A DNA stretch of 64,000 nt, taken from NCBI GenBank assembly GCA_004764695.1, contig SMSO01000032.1, forward strand, positions 5,054,483-5,118,482, written 5' to 3'. Shown piece by piece: positions 32,664-44,569 of this stretch. Made by a program: the position numbers and the translations under genes. Origin of the DNA: Schizochytrium sp. TIO01 (Eukaryota > Protista > Bigyra: Labyrinthulomycetes). The notes under the pieces were generated by a model. It had not been told where the DNA came from. It was given only the letters and a program-made list of their open reading frames with translations, and ran no database searches. The first letter of the stretch is position 1; every line of letters begins with the position of its first letter.

Positions 32664-33038
32664 ATGGAGCCACCATCTGCTATAACAGCCCTCTCGGCTA
32701 CCACTAGCAATGATAGTGACAGGGGTGGCAGTTTGCTTCTATCCGAAAGAACCAGCCTTCTTGAAGATCAGGGTGGCTTCACGATAAACATGACCAATTT
32801 TGCTGATGCTGGAGGTGTACACGAAAAGCCTCCGTATCTCCATATGCTTCTACCTCAAGAAACACCCAAAGGTTACAAAGCCGAGAAAGATATGTTTATG
32901 GATAACAAAAACGATAACTTGAACGGTCTCGGTACTGAAAACTATGTGGCCTCTACTGGGGTTTCTGGGCCCTTTCGACAGCTCTTTGAAAGTTGTTGCG
33001 GAAAAAGAAAGGGGAAAGTATCGGATGCGTGCTGGTAA
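32664..33038 (+). CDS. Small hypothetical protein (or terminal exon)
   Basis: About 124-aa ORF with protein-like composition, an ERTSLL dileucine-like motif and a Cys/basic C-terminus. No family recognised. Confidence 0.35.
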   Translation: MEPPSAITALSATTSNDSDRGGSLLLSERTSLLEDQGGFTINMTNFADAGGVHEKPPYLHMLLPQETPKGYKAEKDMFMDNKNDNLNGLGTENYVASTGVSGPFRQLFESCCGKRKGKVSDACW

Positions 33039-35153
33039 AACCATTGAAGCTCCTGGGAAAGTATGGAGACTCCTTTACAACAGCAAATGGAACTCTTGAT
33101 ATATCTCCGTCTGTATCGTCTACCGAGTCCCCCCGACATCTGCGATAAACACGTATTCTCCAAGATGTGTAAATAAACAGTTTTAAATTATAAATTACGT
33201 GCCTGTTGACGACACAAACCTTGTCAACTTCTATCAAGAGAAAAGAGTACAGGACTGCTATAATTTGTTGAAAACAAATAGTCTAACGTTGCAAAGGAAG
33301 CTTGACTTTCTTGAAAAGGTGAGATTTCTATACGTGAAAACTGCAGGCTTCATCGTGATTACACAAGTTCGGGCTAAGAAACTTGCCCAAAATTGCTTTC
33401 CAGTCTCACGCAAGTGAGACAGCACCACTGCTTGCATCTAAATTTCACATAGAGCTCTCTGTCTTTCTTGCAACTGATCTAACTTGGACATTTTTTGGTA
33501 CTACGGTAATTTGAGATACCCCACAATTCAAGAAAGAAGTCGGCGATATAAGAAATAGTCATTGCTGGCATTTTCTTGTAGCCTGTGGCCTGGATCAGAT
33601 AGATTAATTTCTTTAGCATCATAAAATATGGGGGGGGGGGGGAGGATCTCAATGTGGTACGGTTTGCTGATGCAATACTCACCGGGCCGTAACATCTGCA
33701 TGCAGTTTTCATGTTCTCATGGATTTTGACTTGAAAGAGAAATGTAGCATTCTACAAACCCAAGCCTTTGCTTTATCATTGGTATACCATGGGTATTCAT
33801 TTAATTTTTTGGAATAACTCTGCCGGACTCTTATTGTCTTCCAGGAAAGGTTTCAATTCAGGCTTTATTCATTGAATGATGGTCTCTCTCGCAGCAGAGT
33901 GAGTTGAAAAAAGAGGTGAGCCCCTGATCAGCCAGATCCCATTTCTATTAGAGCAAGGAGAATGGCCAGTATTTATTCACTGATGTGGAGAGTACTTGGC
34001 AGAAACACGACAATAAGCATACTTTTGACCCCGCTCTTTCCAAAATGTTGATGATATCTGTCAAGGCAGCACATCTCGGATAAGCCGATTCTTCACTGTC
34101 CACAAAGCTCCCGAGCGGACGATGTGCTAATGCATAGCGTGTCCCCGAGACTAATTCCGACAACTTGCAATGGGACATGTAGTCACAGAGGTATGGCTGC
34201 ACTATGAAATTATCATGAGATATTTGTCTGGCTCCCCACATACTGCTAAATGTTCAAGTGAACATCAACAATTAGCCTCCAAGACTGGTTGTCTAAGAGC
34301 TGAGGTGTTGGGAATTTCGCTCTTATAGACAATGGTTTGGTGATTTTATCTGGTCTAAGAAAAGATGATGTTCTTTCCTCTATTGCGAGTTGCAGAGTTA
34401 TCAAGCTCGACTTGGTTATCCCAATAATAATAAGACAATGGATAGGTGTGTACTGGGACATATGCGAGGACTCCTTTGTCTCCATTGCTTAAGAGTGATA
34501 TCCGTATGATTTGACCGACAGGTGTTGGGCGTGAGCAATCGATGTTATGGACATTGTTGCTGCACCAATGATAAAAGGGGCGAGCGGATGCGGTTGAAGT
34601 CAAGGCAGAATTCGTTGAGCCGATGCCGCACCCCAACCTTTGCGGCCATAGAGTCAATACTAAGGGATTTTAATTTTGATTTGTTTTTGTGAACTACTAG
34701 ATGCGGGCCGGAACAACTATGTTTAAACATATTATGAAGAAGACCCACAGGGAAGAGCTCCCTCTGATAAGAGTAGTAGAGCAAGGAGTGAGGGCCTCAC
34801 TGTGAGGTAAGTAAGACTAAAATGAACAAACTCCCTCGGCAACTGTGATTTATTTGCGATGGCTAACCTTGAAACTTTGTGATAATTTGTTTTTATAAAA
34901 ATAATTTTATAAATTTTAACATAAAAGAATCGTCGTGCAAAGCTTAATCATCATCGCCATTTTAGACAGTTTGTGAGGTCGCACCCATTGCAAATACAAA
35001 ACCGAAAGAGAGGTTTGTCTTTTGCTAAGGCAGCAAAGCATTCCAAGGAAAAGTACCTCTGCGCAACTTTTATCAGCAGGACCTCGAGGATTCTTCCTAT
35101 TCTGTGCAAAGCCTCGGAGCAAAGAGGCGTCATTTTCTAGAGACCATATCACC

Positions 35154-36713
35154 ATGACGCTTGTTATGCTCCAGATCAAGGTTCTCAAAGCGCAAGGACT
35201 GCCGGCGGCGGACCTGTGTGGCACAAGTGACCCCTACTGTATAATCAAATGCGACAAAGTAAAGAAGAAGACGAGCGTAATCAAGAAAACGCTTGAGCCC
35301 ACGTGGGATGAGTGTTTTACGTTTCCAGTGTCCATGAGTGCCAAGAAAATCACCATTGAATGCTATGATAGGGATACTTTTAAATTTGATGACCCACTTG
35401 GGAAGACAGAAATGGAACTAGTTGCACTTGAGCAAGAGCCCAAGTACTACAATGAGCCTCGCTGGTATCAGCTTACACCAATGCGGAAATCCGTAAACCC
35501 AAAACGGTGTGGCGAAATTCAATTGAGCTTTTGCATCATAAGCCGAGAGTGTGAGCATATGCCAAGTGTTGATACAGACGCCACTGGAGAATCTGTCTCT
35601 GATACAGCGTCTACTCCATCGCCGAAATCCAGCGAATCAGAGTCTGAGCCACTTTCACTTTCTTCGGATTTGTTGGCAGCTGGTCTCTCGTTGCACGATG
35701 ATGGCTTAGATAGCGAAGATGATGACACAAGCGATGAAGAGCATCGCCAGTCTAGCAAGGGAGCAGCAACAAAGAGTTTCCATCACGGCCGCTCCGAAAG
35801 CGCATGCGTGAACGAGTCTAGCGGCAAAAAGGTTTTTAGTCTGAAAAAATCCTTTCGATTGAAGGCCCCGAGCAGCTTCAAATTGATAAAGAGCTCCACC
35901 TCAAGCGGTAAGGCAAGCAAATCATCCAGTAGCTCTGGTAAGAGTGGCAAGTCATTCCGTATGCGGATCCCGAAGCCCAAATCAAAGCAACTCTCATGTA
36001 CAGGGGATGAGATAAATTTGGAGCCTCTCACAGAAGAACGCGAAGACGACGATGTTGCGGGAGAGACACTGCCACAAACCACGGAATCAAAAGATTCTGA
36101 AGACCTGCTTCCTGCTGATCACAAAAACAAGAAACGCGAGAGTCTTAAGGCTCTTGGGCTAATCACTTACGACGATGATTGCAGGGCTCATCAGCGAAGC
36201 GCAAGTGGCAGTACTGTGAATTCTGACGTTGGCCGCCTCCCCGCGCTTGTGTTCGAAAAATATGACGTTGATGCAAATGGAGTGATTGATCGCAATGAGT
36301 TCCACGACATGATCTTAGACCTTGGGTATTACTTCGAAGCTCAGGAGCTCCTGGACGCATTTGCAATCGTTGATAATGACGGCGACGGATTCATCAGCAT
36401 TAATGAATTTGCTTCATTTTGGCGACGGGATGATCGTTTCCGTTTTTTGCGCCTCGATGAAGATAGAAGGCAGAAAGTGAAGCAGCTCTCTGAGTTTTTC
36501 GCGTACTTTGACAGACTCAAGCGAGGCATGCTCGACTGCGACGAGTTCATAGCAATGCACCAGGCCATGGTCATTTCTGGCTACACCTCCCTCGGCGATT
36601 CCAAGGAGTGCATGAATGCACTTGACCTTAACAAGGACGGTTTCGTCCACTTCAATGAGCTTCTCGCGTACGCAGTACAGCGTGGACTGCTCGACACCAC
36701 GCAAGTAGCATAA
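35154..36713 (+). CDS. C2 domain plus EF-hand calcium-binding protein
   Basis: N-terminal C2 (LQIKVLKAQGLPAADLCGTSDPYC, KTLEPTWDECF, YDRDTFKFDDPLG), a Ser/Lys-rich linker, and four EF-hand loops (DVDANGVID, DNDGDGFIS, DRLKRGMLD, DLNKDGFVH). Confidence 0.9.
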   Translation: MTLVMLQIKVLKAQGLPAADLCGTSDPYCIIKCDKVKKKTSVIKKTLEPTWDECFTFPVSMSAKKITIECYDRDTFKFDDPLGKTEMELVALEQEPKYYNEPRWYQLTPMRKSVNPKRCGEIQLSFCIISRECEHMPSVDTDATGESVSDTASTPSPKSSESESEPLSLSSDLLAAGLSLHDDGLDSEDDDTSDEEHRQSSKGAATKSFHHGRSESACVNESSGKKVFSLKKSFRLKAPSSFKLIKSSTSSGKASKSSSSSGKSGKSFRMRIPKPKSKQLSCTGDEINLEPLTEEREDDDVAGETLPQTTESKDSEDLLPADHKNKKRESLKALGLITYDDDCRAHQRSASGSTVNSDVGRLPALVFEKYDVDANGVIDRNEFHDMILDLGYYFEAQELLDAFAIVDNDGDGFISINEFASFWRRDDRFRFLRLDEDRRQKVKQLSEFFAYFDRLKRGMLDCDEFIAMHQAMVISGYTSLGDSKECMNALDLNKDGFVHFNELLAYAVQRGLLDTTQVA

Positions 36714-37163
36714 CTCCTGCCTTACCTCCTGCCTTCCACGCAAGTAGCTAGTTCTACCACCTAGTACCAGAATTTGATGAATGAACCCTACAACCCATAA
36801 CTCCCATTTTGTTTCCTCAATTACATGTTATTTCACAACAGCCTTAACAGCTACATGATTACCAGGCACCTGCCAGCTTTATCCTCTTGTTCGCAAAGCT
36901 TGTTCTGCTTGCTTGCTCGCTTACCCGCCCGTCTGCTCGAAACCCGCTCCGTAATCAGAGTCTCCTGCCATCATTTCGTCTCTGCCTCACGGATTTGACC
37001 TGAGTCTTTGTTGCCCACGTTCGACACACGCTTCTACCATATTACTAATATCGCAGCGCCTTCCTTCTGCGTCTGTCTACTAAGCATTCATTACGTACGA
37101 GTGAGTGAGGGAGTGTTCGCTTCCGCCACTGCTTACAAATCCACATCCACTTTCTCTGCAACA

Positions 37164-37217
37164 ACAACTCTACAACTCTACAACTCTACAACTCTGCAAC
37201 TCTACAACTCTACAACT
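37164..37217. repeat. 8-bp tandem repeat (ACAACTCT) x about 6.7
   Basis: Directly visible. Confidence 0.9.
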
Positions 37218-37404
37218 TAAGAAGTCCAAGTGCTCTTGCGATGGTCTTCGACGCTTTGGGGCCGACGCAGTTCGGTTTCGAGGCTGTTGAGGAGCTATGC
37301 ACGCTAAGAGTGAGTGAGTGAGTGAGAGAATGAATGAATGAGTAAATGAGTGAAGGAGTGAATGAATTACTCGTGGCAGTTGGCGTCGTAATAGATGTCA
37401 CTCT

Positions 37405-37532
37405 GTGATGAGATGTTGGAGATAGATATCAGAGATGTTAGAGAAACAGGATATTGGAGATGTCGTGGATATTGGAGATATCAGAGATCTTAGAGATGTC
37501 GTGGATATTGGAGATGTCAGAGATGTATATTG
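37405..37532. repeat. Degenerate GAGATRT/GGATATTG minisatellite
   Basis: Recurrent units of about 9 bp, including two copies of GAGATGTCGTGGATATTGGAGAT. Confidence 0.7.
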
Positions 37533-38985
37533 GGGCACTCAATGTTGCTGTCTTGTCTAAAGAAGGGGTTTAAGGCTGCGAGAGGTCAGGACGAGCGGCA
37601 ATCCTGACACCTTCTGGGCCTTGCAAGGGGTGGAGCGCATGCAGGTTTGGCTTGGGCAGATCGATCGCCAGGCAGCTTGGAATGTCAAGCTAATGCGCTC
37701 GATTGTGAGGCGATGAACTCAAGAAGAGCGAAGGTTACTGTACTTTGGTGATGCAAGCTGACTCCGATCAAGTCTTACATAATTTTTATGTTGTTTTATA
37801 TATAATAAAAAATAAAAAATAAAAAATTGATATGTACTATGCACAGGCAAAAAACACCCTCGAAGCCGGAGACGAGGCGGATATACTTGGCCTAAGCCGT
37901 GCACAACCAAGTCTCTGCTGAGCGCGGAAGAACAAAGCAATCTATATTCTGTGCAGCCTCGTCGAAGTCGAGGTCGTTTGCGTTTTCTTTCGTCGCTGTA
38001 ATCTCCATCTTGGCTGGCAATTAAAATTATTTCTTTCTTTCTCTGTCTCTTCACTTCTCTCGCGGCCTAGGGCTTTCTAGCTTAAACAGTAGTGGACCAG
38101 GTTGTGCGCAATGCCGAACGAGAAAAGCACATCGAGGAACTCCATCCATTCAGGAAAATCGACGCGAAAGCGAACAAAACGAGAGGTGCAAGCAGCACAG
38201 TGACATAACAGGGTCTGTTTCCTGTCACGAAAGCCGCGATAGGAGCTGCAAGAGAACTGCTGCAGGTTCGCACTGCTGGGTGGATTGAGTCCTTTTTGCT
38301 TTTTAGCAGACCTTGGCTGTGAGTCAGTTAGGCAATGATAAGAACAGTAAGAAGAAAAAAAAAGAAAAAAAAAGGAAGAAAGCAGCGACGATAGAAATAA
38401 ATGACAACATCATTGAAACATAATTGTAATGCTCATCTTAGAACGCCATCGACGTCAACGAGAGCGTCCAGACCCTCTTCCAGCGCCAGGCCCAGGCTAG
38501 CGCGGGCAAGGATCCCTACAAGGGACCTGCGCATGGAAGCCCGCCTGCCTGCAGAGGCCCTGCCACTGAAGAAAGGACGCCAACCTGCAGCGCAACGTCA
38601 ACCAAATCCTCCTGGAGATCGTCTCCTGCAACGACAAGACTACTACTGCACAGGAAACTTACTTTTGTAGCAAGAGTTTGCAGCCGACATCGACGAGGAC
38701 GAAGAAAGATCAAGGTTACTTCTCAGGAAACTTTCTTGTGAGGTTGCTTCTACTTGCGTCGCGTGCGTGAGCCGAAAGGCCTCGCAGCGGTGGAAAGTCT
38801 AATTCACATCGGATCCCGAAATTGTTTGCGGAGTCGTTCAAAAACGAAGGCGAGAAACCTCGCAGTACTGCTTGGTGGAACGTGCTTTACACACTGATTG
38901 ATTTGGTGAATCACTGATCTCTTTTCATAGAAGCTGGGAGCGGAAATTCGTTTGCTTGGAGCTGAGAGGTAATTGTGACGCACGA

Positions 38986-41640
38986 ATGGGGTCTGCTGCA
39001 AATCATGCTAAAGGGCTTAAGCACAAGAGCGAAAGTGAAAGCACAAATGGACCAACCACAGCAGAATCAGTTGGCGTCATAGCGTTTCTATCTCTCGCAC
39101 TCAAATTGATGTTGCTGCCATCATCATTAAGTCTTGAATTTACAAGGCAAAAAGCATGGATGTCAACAACTCTATACAAGCCTATTGCAACATGGTATAA
39201 TGATTCATCTACAGATTTCCCTTCTGTATTCACAGAATTGGCACCTATGGATTGTGCTCCAGGTTTTGCACTCTTTAAGGCGAGCTGGGCACACTTAATT
39301 TCTTTTATTGATCCTTCACTCATCCCGCCACCAGAGGATCTTAATTTGGCTGTCTCAACACAAAGGGAATATAACTTGGCGGTCTTTCAACGTGTGAGTG
39401 TCATCATTAGCGAGCAGCTCATGCTCCTTGGCGTGCTCCTCTACTGCACAACATGGCCTTCAATCACCACGACCGACATGGAGTGGTCACGAAATAAGGT
39501 CGTAGTGGTAGTAGCACTTACACTTTTTAATCCGGGGATGCTTTTAGTAGACCATGTATACTTGCACTACACAGGATGTACAGTAGGTCTGTTGCTAATT
39601 GCCGTGGCTTTTCTTCGACGAGGAGACGACATTGGGGACCTTCTTGGAGCGGCGGCCCTTGTCGTACTTGTCATGTTTGATCACACATTGATACCATCCG
39701 TTGTACCATTAATACTCGTGTACTTGTTTCGACATTACGCCTCATGGCCCTTACACACCCAATCTGCATCAGCGATCATTCGTGTTCGTGCCCCGACATC
39801 TGCATCAGATGGTGGCTTTACAAGTGACGGCGGGTGGTCTAGCGACGATGGCCACGAAGAAGATGACGAAGGTTGTAATAGCATTGCTAGCGTAAACAGT
39901 GGCAGTGGTAGCAGCAGTGATGACGTTGAAGTTGAGCATTCTAATGCTGTTACATTTGCACAGAAAAGGTCCCTCTGTATTCAGACTAGTGACTTCCGCC
40001 GCAATAACTCTTCAAAGTCAGACCACCAATTGAGAGATTCGAGAGAGAATGACCTAAGCAAAATTGAGGCACATGTACAACGCGGACAAGGAGAGGACAA
40101 AACCGAAGAGTCTATACATGAGAGTATTCTTACCGCATTAAGCACAACAATAACCAAAAGTAAGGGTGACAGTGATAAACAAATGTCAGCTGTGCTGGGG
40201 ACTATGTCACATTTATCCCGTCGCCCAGTGATCAGCAAGTCTTACCAAAACCTTCCCAGTCTCTCAAGCAGATACACTGAGCCAGAAGCCTCTCGAAACA
40301 CGGCAATGTCAGTCTCTCCTACTTCTGCGCCATGGTCAACGCCTGCTGGGTTCGAGGCTCTTGATAAAAATAGTACTTCACGAATTACAAAACACCGCCG
40401 TGCACATCAACGTGCTCAGAGCGAGATCCCCAGCGGCATGCGCTTACAGGCAGCTTATGAGCAATTCAAAAAGGACTCTGGGTTCCGCCAACTCCTGGCT
40501 CGCCCACGCGCGCGCTCTAGTTTTGAGTTTACAACTTCGGGTCGGCGCGTAAGTCTCCGGCGGCTAGCGTCCCTCTTAACAGTACTCATGATCAGCATTA
40601 TGGCATATATGGCACCTTTCATTGTGGGAGGAGTAACACCTTGGCAGCTTGTGCAGACCCTCTTTAATCGACTCACTACTGCGTGGAAATTGCCTGGAGG
40701 TGTATGCCAGCCTTACTGGGCGCCCAATATTTGGGCACTTTACAAAGGCCTCGATCGAATATTGTACATTTTCAACACCCAGGTGGAATTATTCGAGATG
40801 CCCGAAGGAGTCAATATTATTTGTTCATTTGACGATTCTGGCAGCTGCCCATTCTTAATTCTCCCCGAAATCCATCCCCTATTCTGTGTTGCACTTATGG
40901 CCATAGCCATGTTTCCTGCTCTTCGAGTTGTATGGGACCTTCCGCATCAGGCCGTGCTAATGCCTGTTCTCGTTTACCTCATGACTTGTAGCTTTATGTT
41001 AGGCTATCATGTTCATGAGATTAGTGTGATGCTTATTATTCTACCGTTGACGATCACTTCATGTGACTCTACCATGGACGCCAGACTGTATTTACTCATG
41101 TCATGGATTGCGCATATGTCTTTGTTGCCGGTCATCAAGACGACTGATCTGAAAGCGATCAAGCCTGTCTTGCTTTTGCTGCATTGTTTCGGCAGCTTTA
41201 TTGCGTTGGATCAATACCATATTATGGCTCGACGTGCCCGACGGATTCGTGCGGAGCCAAATGGTGGTGGTGTATGGCTTCGAAACTCTGACCGCATGTA
41301 CTTTGTTGGTTTAGCGGCTGTTTACCTTTGTACAGAGGTTGTTTCACCAATTATTTCTTTTATTAGGATAGACCCCTCTTCGTTCACCATGTCGACTGCG
41401 CTGGGTGATATGAGTAGTCTTCCTGCGCAACTTGATCTTTTCCTGGTATCCATATACTGCGCAGTGGGTCTTGTGCATTCATGGATGCTTGCCTATCGGC
41501 AGGTCACTCGCAAGGTTGCTTTGATTGAAAGCTATCAGTGGTCACCTAAGGGCCCAAAGCCCTTCCATCATCTGCGTTCTGAAGCTGGACATGTAGCACG
41601 TCCACCTCCAATTCGTCGCTTCATGGACTTAAATAATTAA
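38986..41640 (+). CDS. Divergent ALG6/ALG8-family (GT57) glucosyltransferase-like membrane protein with a large insertion
   Basis: ALG8-like motifs FNPGMLLVDHVYLHYTG, CQPYWAPNIWALY and FMLGYHVHE; multiple TM segments; a Ser-rich insert of about 270 aa in the middle. Confidence 0.8.
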   Translation: MGSAANHAKGLKHKSESESTNGPTTAESVGVIAFLSLALKLMLLPSSLSLEFTRQKAWMSTTLYKPIATWYNDSSTDFPSVFTELAPMDCAPGFALFKASWAHLISFIDPSLIPPPEDLNLAVSTQREYNLAVFQRVSVIISEQLMLLGVLLYCTTWPSITTTDMEWSRNKVVVVVALTLFNPGMLLVDHVYLHYTGCTVGLLLIAVAFLRRGDDIGDLLGAAALVVLVMFDHTLIPSVVPLILVYLFRHYASWPLHTQSASAIIRVRAPTSASDGGFTSDGGWSSDDGHEEDDEGCNSIASVNSGSGSSSDDVEVEHSNAVTFAQKRSLCIQTSDFRRNNSSKSDHQLRDSRENDLSKIEAHVQRGQGEDKTEESIHESILTALSTTITKSKGDSDKQMSAVLGTMSHLSRRPVISKSYQNLPSLSSRYTEPEASRNTAMSVSPTSAPWSTPAGFEALDKNSTSRITKHRRAHQRAQSEIPSGMRLQAAYEQFKKDSGFRQLLARPRARSSFEFTTSGRRVSLRRLASLLTVLMISIMAYMAPFIVGGVTPWQLVQTLFNRLTTAWKLPGGVCQPYWAPNIWALYKGLDRILYIFNTQVELFEMPEGVNIICSFDDSGSCPFLILPEIHPLFCVALMAIAMFPALRVVWDLPHQAVLMPVLVYLMTCSFMLGYHVHEISVMLIILPLTITSCDSTMDARLYLLMSWIAHMSLLPVIKTTDLKAIKPVLLLLHCFGSFIALDQYHIMARRARRIRAEPNGGGVWLRNSDRMYFVGLAAVYLCTEVVSPIISFIRIDPSSFTMSTALGDMSSLPAQLDLFLVSIYCAVGLVHSWMLAYRQVTRKVALIESYQWSPKGPKPFHHLRSEAGHVARPPPIRRFMDLNN

Positions 41641-42482
41641 GACATATCTCTGCCTGTTTGATCTTCTTTAGGTTTTATCTCTCCCCCCCCCCCCTCTATG
41701 CGACTGCTGGCCAGGTTAACGAGGCTAGAAACTCTTGAATATCACTCAAAGAGTCAGCGTAGAGGCGCTATTCTCATGATCGACAAGTGCAAATCATCAT
41801 AATCTAGCAGAATTTAATTAGTAAACAGTATTGTGGATGCCAATCAATGATGATACGGCCAGGCCCGTCATTAGCTTGAAGTGTCTGTTCGAAGCATATC
41901 CAGCTCGCCGACACCCCCGTGCTGTTTATAAATAGTAAGATCAGTCCGAGACATTACTAACTCGAATATGCACCTGGCTCGAAGTCTACGATATCATTCT
42001 CTAAAGGATAAATTCTACACACCTTCACCGCGACCAAGGGCCCCAGAAGCGATTGAGAGACAATAAAGGAAATGCAAATTGTTCTTCCATTTTGATCAGA
42101 AATGTTGGCATCCTTTGTCTGTGGCCAAGTTTTCATAATATTGAAGGGCCGCAGCCACTATAGTAGGCTGAATTCTGACTCTATTCATAAGGACAAAGAT
42201 CTCTATTGTAAGCCTGGCCACTTCGATTTTGGCGGTTGGCTCTATAGCTAACTTCAAGTTCTGCCAATATCTAGGTACCTACTCGCGAGCCGGCCTGAGA
42301 AGAGGAACGTGCGAGCTTGAAACCCCGCCAAGTCAAAGAATTGGGGACCGACTGAGGCACGGCGTGCACTGCCCAACCAACTAAATGTTTGGGTTGGCTC
42401 GAGTGAATCCATGAATTCTTTAATAGGAAGCTAGTCTTGACAATTTCAACAGGGATCTATGGGTGTGCACTGCAATCAATCT

Positions 42483-42533
42483 CACCACCACCACCACCAC
42501 CACCACCATCATCATCATCAATATCATCATCAC
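42483..42533. repeat. (CAC)n(CAT)n microsatellite
   Basis: Visible trinucleotide tract. Confidence 0.85.
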
Positions 42534-44569
42534 CGTGACGCTGGAACCTCGCTCAGCACCCTGAACCGACTGAGCAACCGAGCAACCGAGTTTAGGCCCT
42601 CGCCACAACCATAAAATCTCTGAGGTTGTGCTATCAAGTCTTGAATGCGAATAGCCCATTTCTAGCGGTATGATGCATTCAAGTCCTAAACCATCACGAT
42701 AATCATAAATTGATATCTCTCTTGAACTCTATCATAACCCACTCCATCATGAGCAGCAACGCGAATTTAGACACCGAAAGCTCCGAATTGTTTCGACCAA
42801 GTGAAGGCGCGTGCGGCCTCGGGACTGAAGTTAGGAACCACCTCAGGTTCAACTTGGAGTCTGTTAGTTCGTGAAGGAGCACTCCGACCGGCTAGCTACC
42901 ACGCGCAGACACAAGCTCCGCAAGTGCCGCTCCATAACTACTAACTTGAGTTCTTACCTCGTTACTTTTTTAGTTCCGGGGGTGGCAGTGTACTTCTTTG
43001 GCCTCGACTTCCGCAATGAATCGTTGACAAATAGCTTGAAACAAATGCCTTTTCAAGCAAGCAATGCAAACAAACTGTAGGAAAGCTTCACAGCCGTGAG
43101 AAAGCGCACACACACAACTACAGAGACCACTACTGGTACTTCCTATTGCCTATTACCGCTCACAGTAGGTATCTAGCTAGGTACCTAATAGCAGCTAGCA
43201 AGGCAGCCAATGCTTTGGGAAGTGCCGTCGCACAAGAGCTACGATAGAATCATCAAGCAACAATTAGGTTTAAGCTGCCCGAGAAGGACGGAAAGGGACA
43301 AAACTGCAACGGTGCAGTCAGCCATACTAAGATCTAATCTTAAACGCAAGCCATTTGCACAGCTGAGTTGGATAGTAGTCAAGTTCGTCTTTGATTGAAT
43401 GTTTCTGAACACATAAATTTTTATTTTTTTAAATGAAGTTTTTATTTATTGATTTAGAAAATTAGGAAACTTTGAAGGAGGTATAAGAATAGCGAGCTTC
43501 CCTGCGCCCTTTGCAATCGCTCTGGAGTTGCATCCACCTCTAGCCAGCTCGCACGCCACTACAAACTTGACCTAGAGAACCCTTGAGAGGTCTTACAGAG
43601 GCCAACACTCGAAATCAATGTGAATCACTCAAGGTTGAAAAGTGTAGGGAACTTGAAGGATGGAGGCACTTTTAGTTTTAATCTTTCATTTTTTCTTTCT
43701 GCAACATCCTATAATTGATTATAGGACCCTTATAGGCTACTTTACTAACGGGAACTTTTCTGGAGACAACAAAAAGAGCGAAAAGTGAGAAAATAAAAAT
43801 TATTATTACTTTCACACGCTGGCGCTTTCAAGCGCGTGCGCACTCCGATAGAAATCAAAGAGGTCCTGCAGGCGACGGTGGTATCCATGGGACTCGGAAC
43901 TGCGACCACGTGCGATTTTAATAGTTTAAGTCCAACGGAGCTCCCAATTGCCTAGACTTCCACTCGCTTGTTTGATATTGCTATGCCTTTAATCGATTTC
44001 CGACTGACAAGGCATTTGTATTTGTACATTTGATTAAAAATTTATTTTATTAAATTTTTGTTCACGCGTAGATTAGCAGTGATTAATCATGCTTACTGAA
44101 AGGCTCTCACTTCCGGCGGGTGTGCGCGCCCCAACTCGGAATAACTAAAGTGACTATTTAGGGGGCTATACAGGAAGTTCTTACGTACGCGCGTGCAAGG
44201 ATGTTGGATATTGCATCAGGAAAGGCCTGGACTTGGGACCCTCGGGTAAATAAAAGTTAAGGGGTAGATGAAGAGGTACAGTGTCGGATAAACTAATCTG
44301 CACACGTGCAATGGTGGGCACAGAGCAGCTGGTAAAATATCAGCATTGATGAGGCATCAAACTACGAACGGCGAAGCCGCCTTGTTCGATTGCTCGGTCG
44401 CTACAGGCAGGCAACCGAGCAGAAGGGCGTGCTGCTCGTAAAGAGCAGCTCAGGAGCCGTGTTTGCGCAGCTGGATAGCTCGCGCAACAATCGCCCCGTA
44501 TAACGCAAAGAGAGATATTATCAACTAGTTTAGACTCTGTGGGCTGCATAATTACGACAGGTTGCAAAG

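Noticed and set aside
33948-34784. Cluster of short minus-strand ORFs suggesting a decayed gene
   Set aside because: No motif links the fragments, so support is insufficient.
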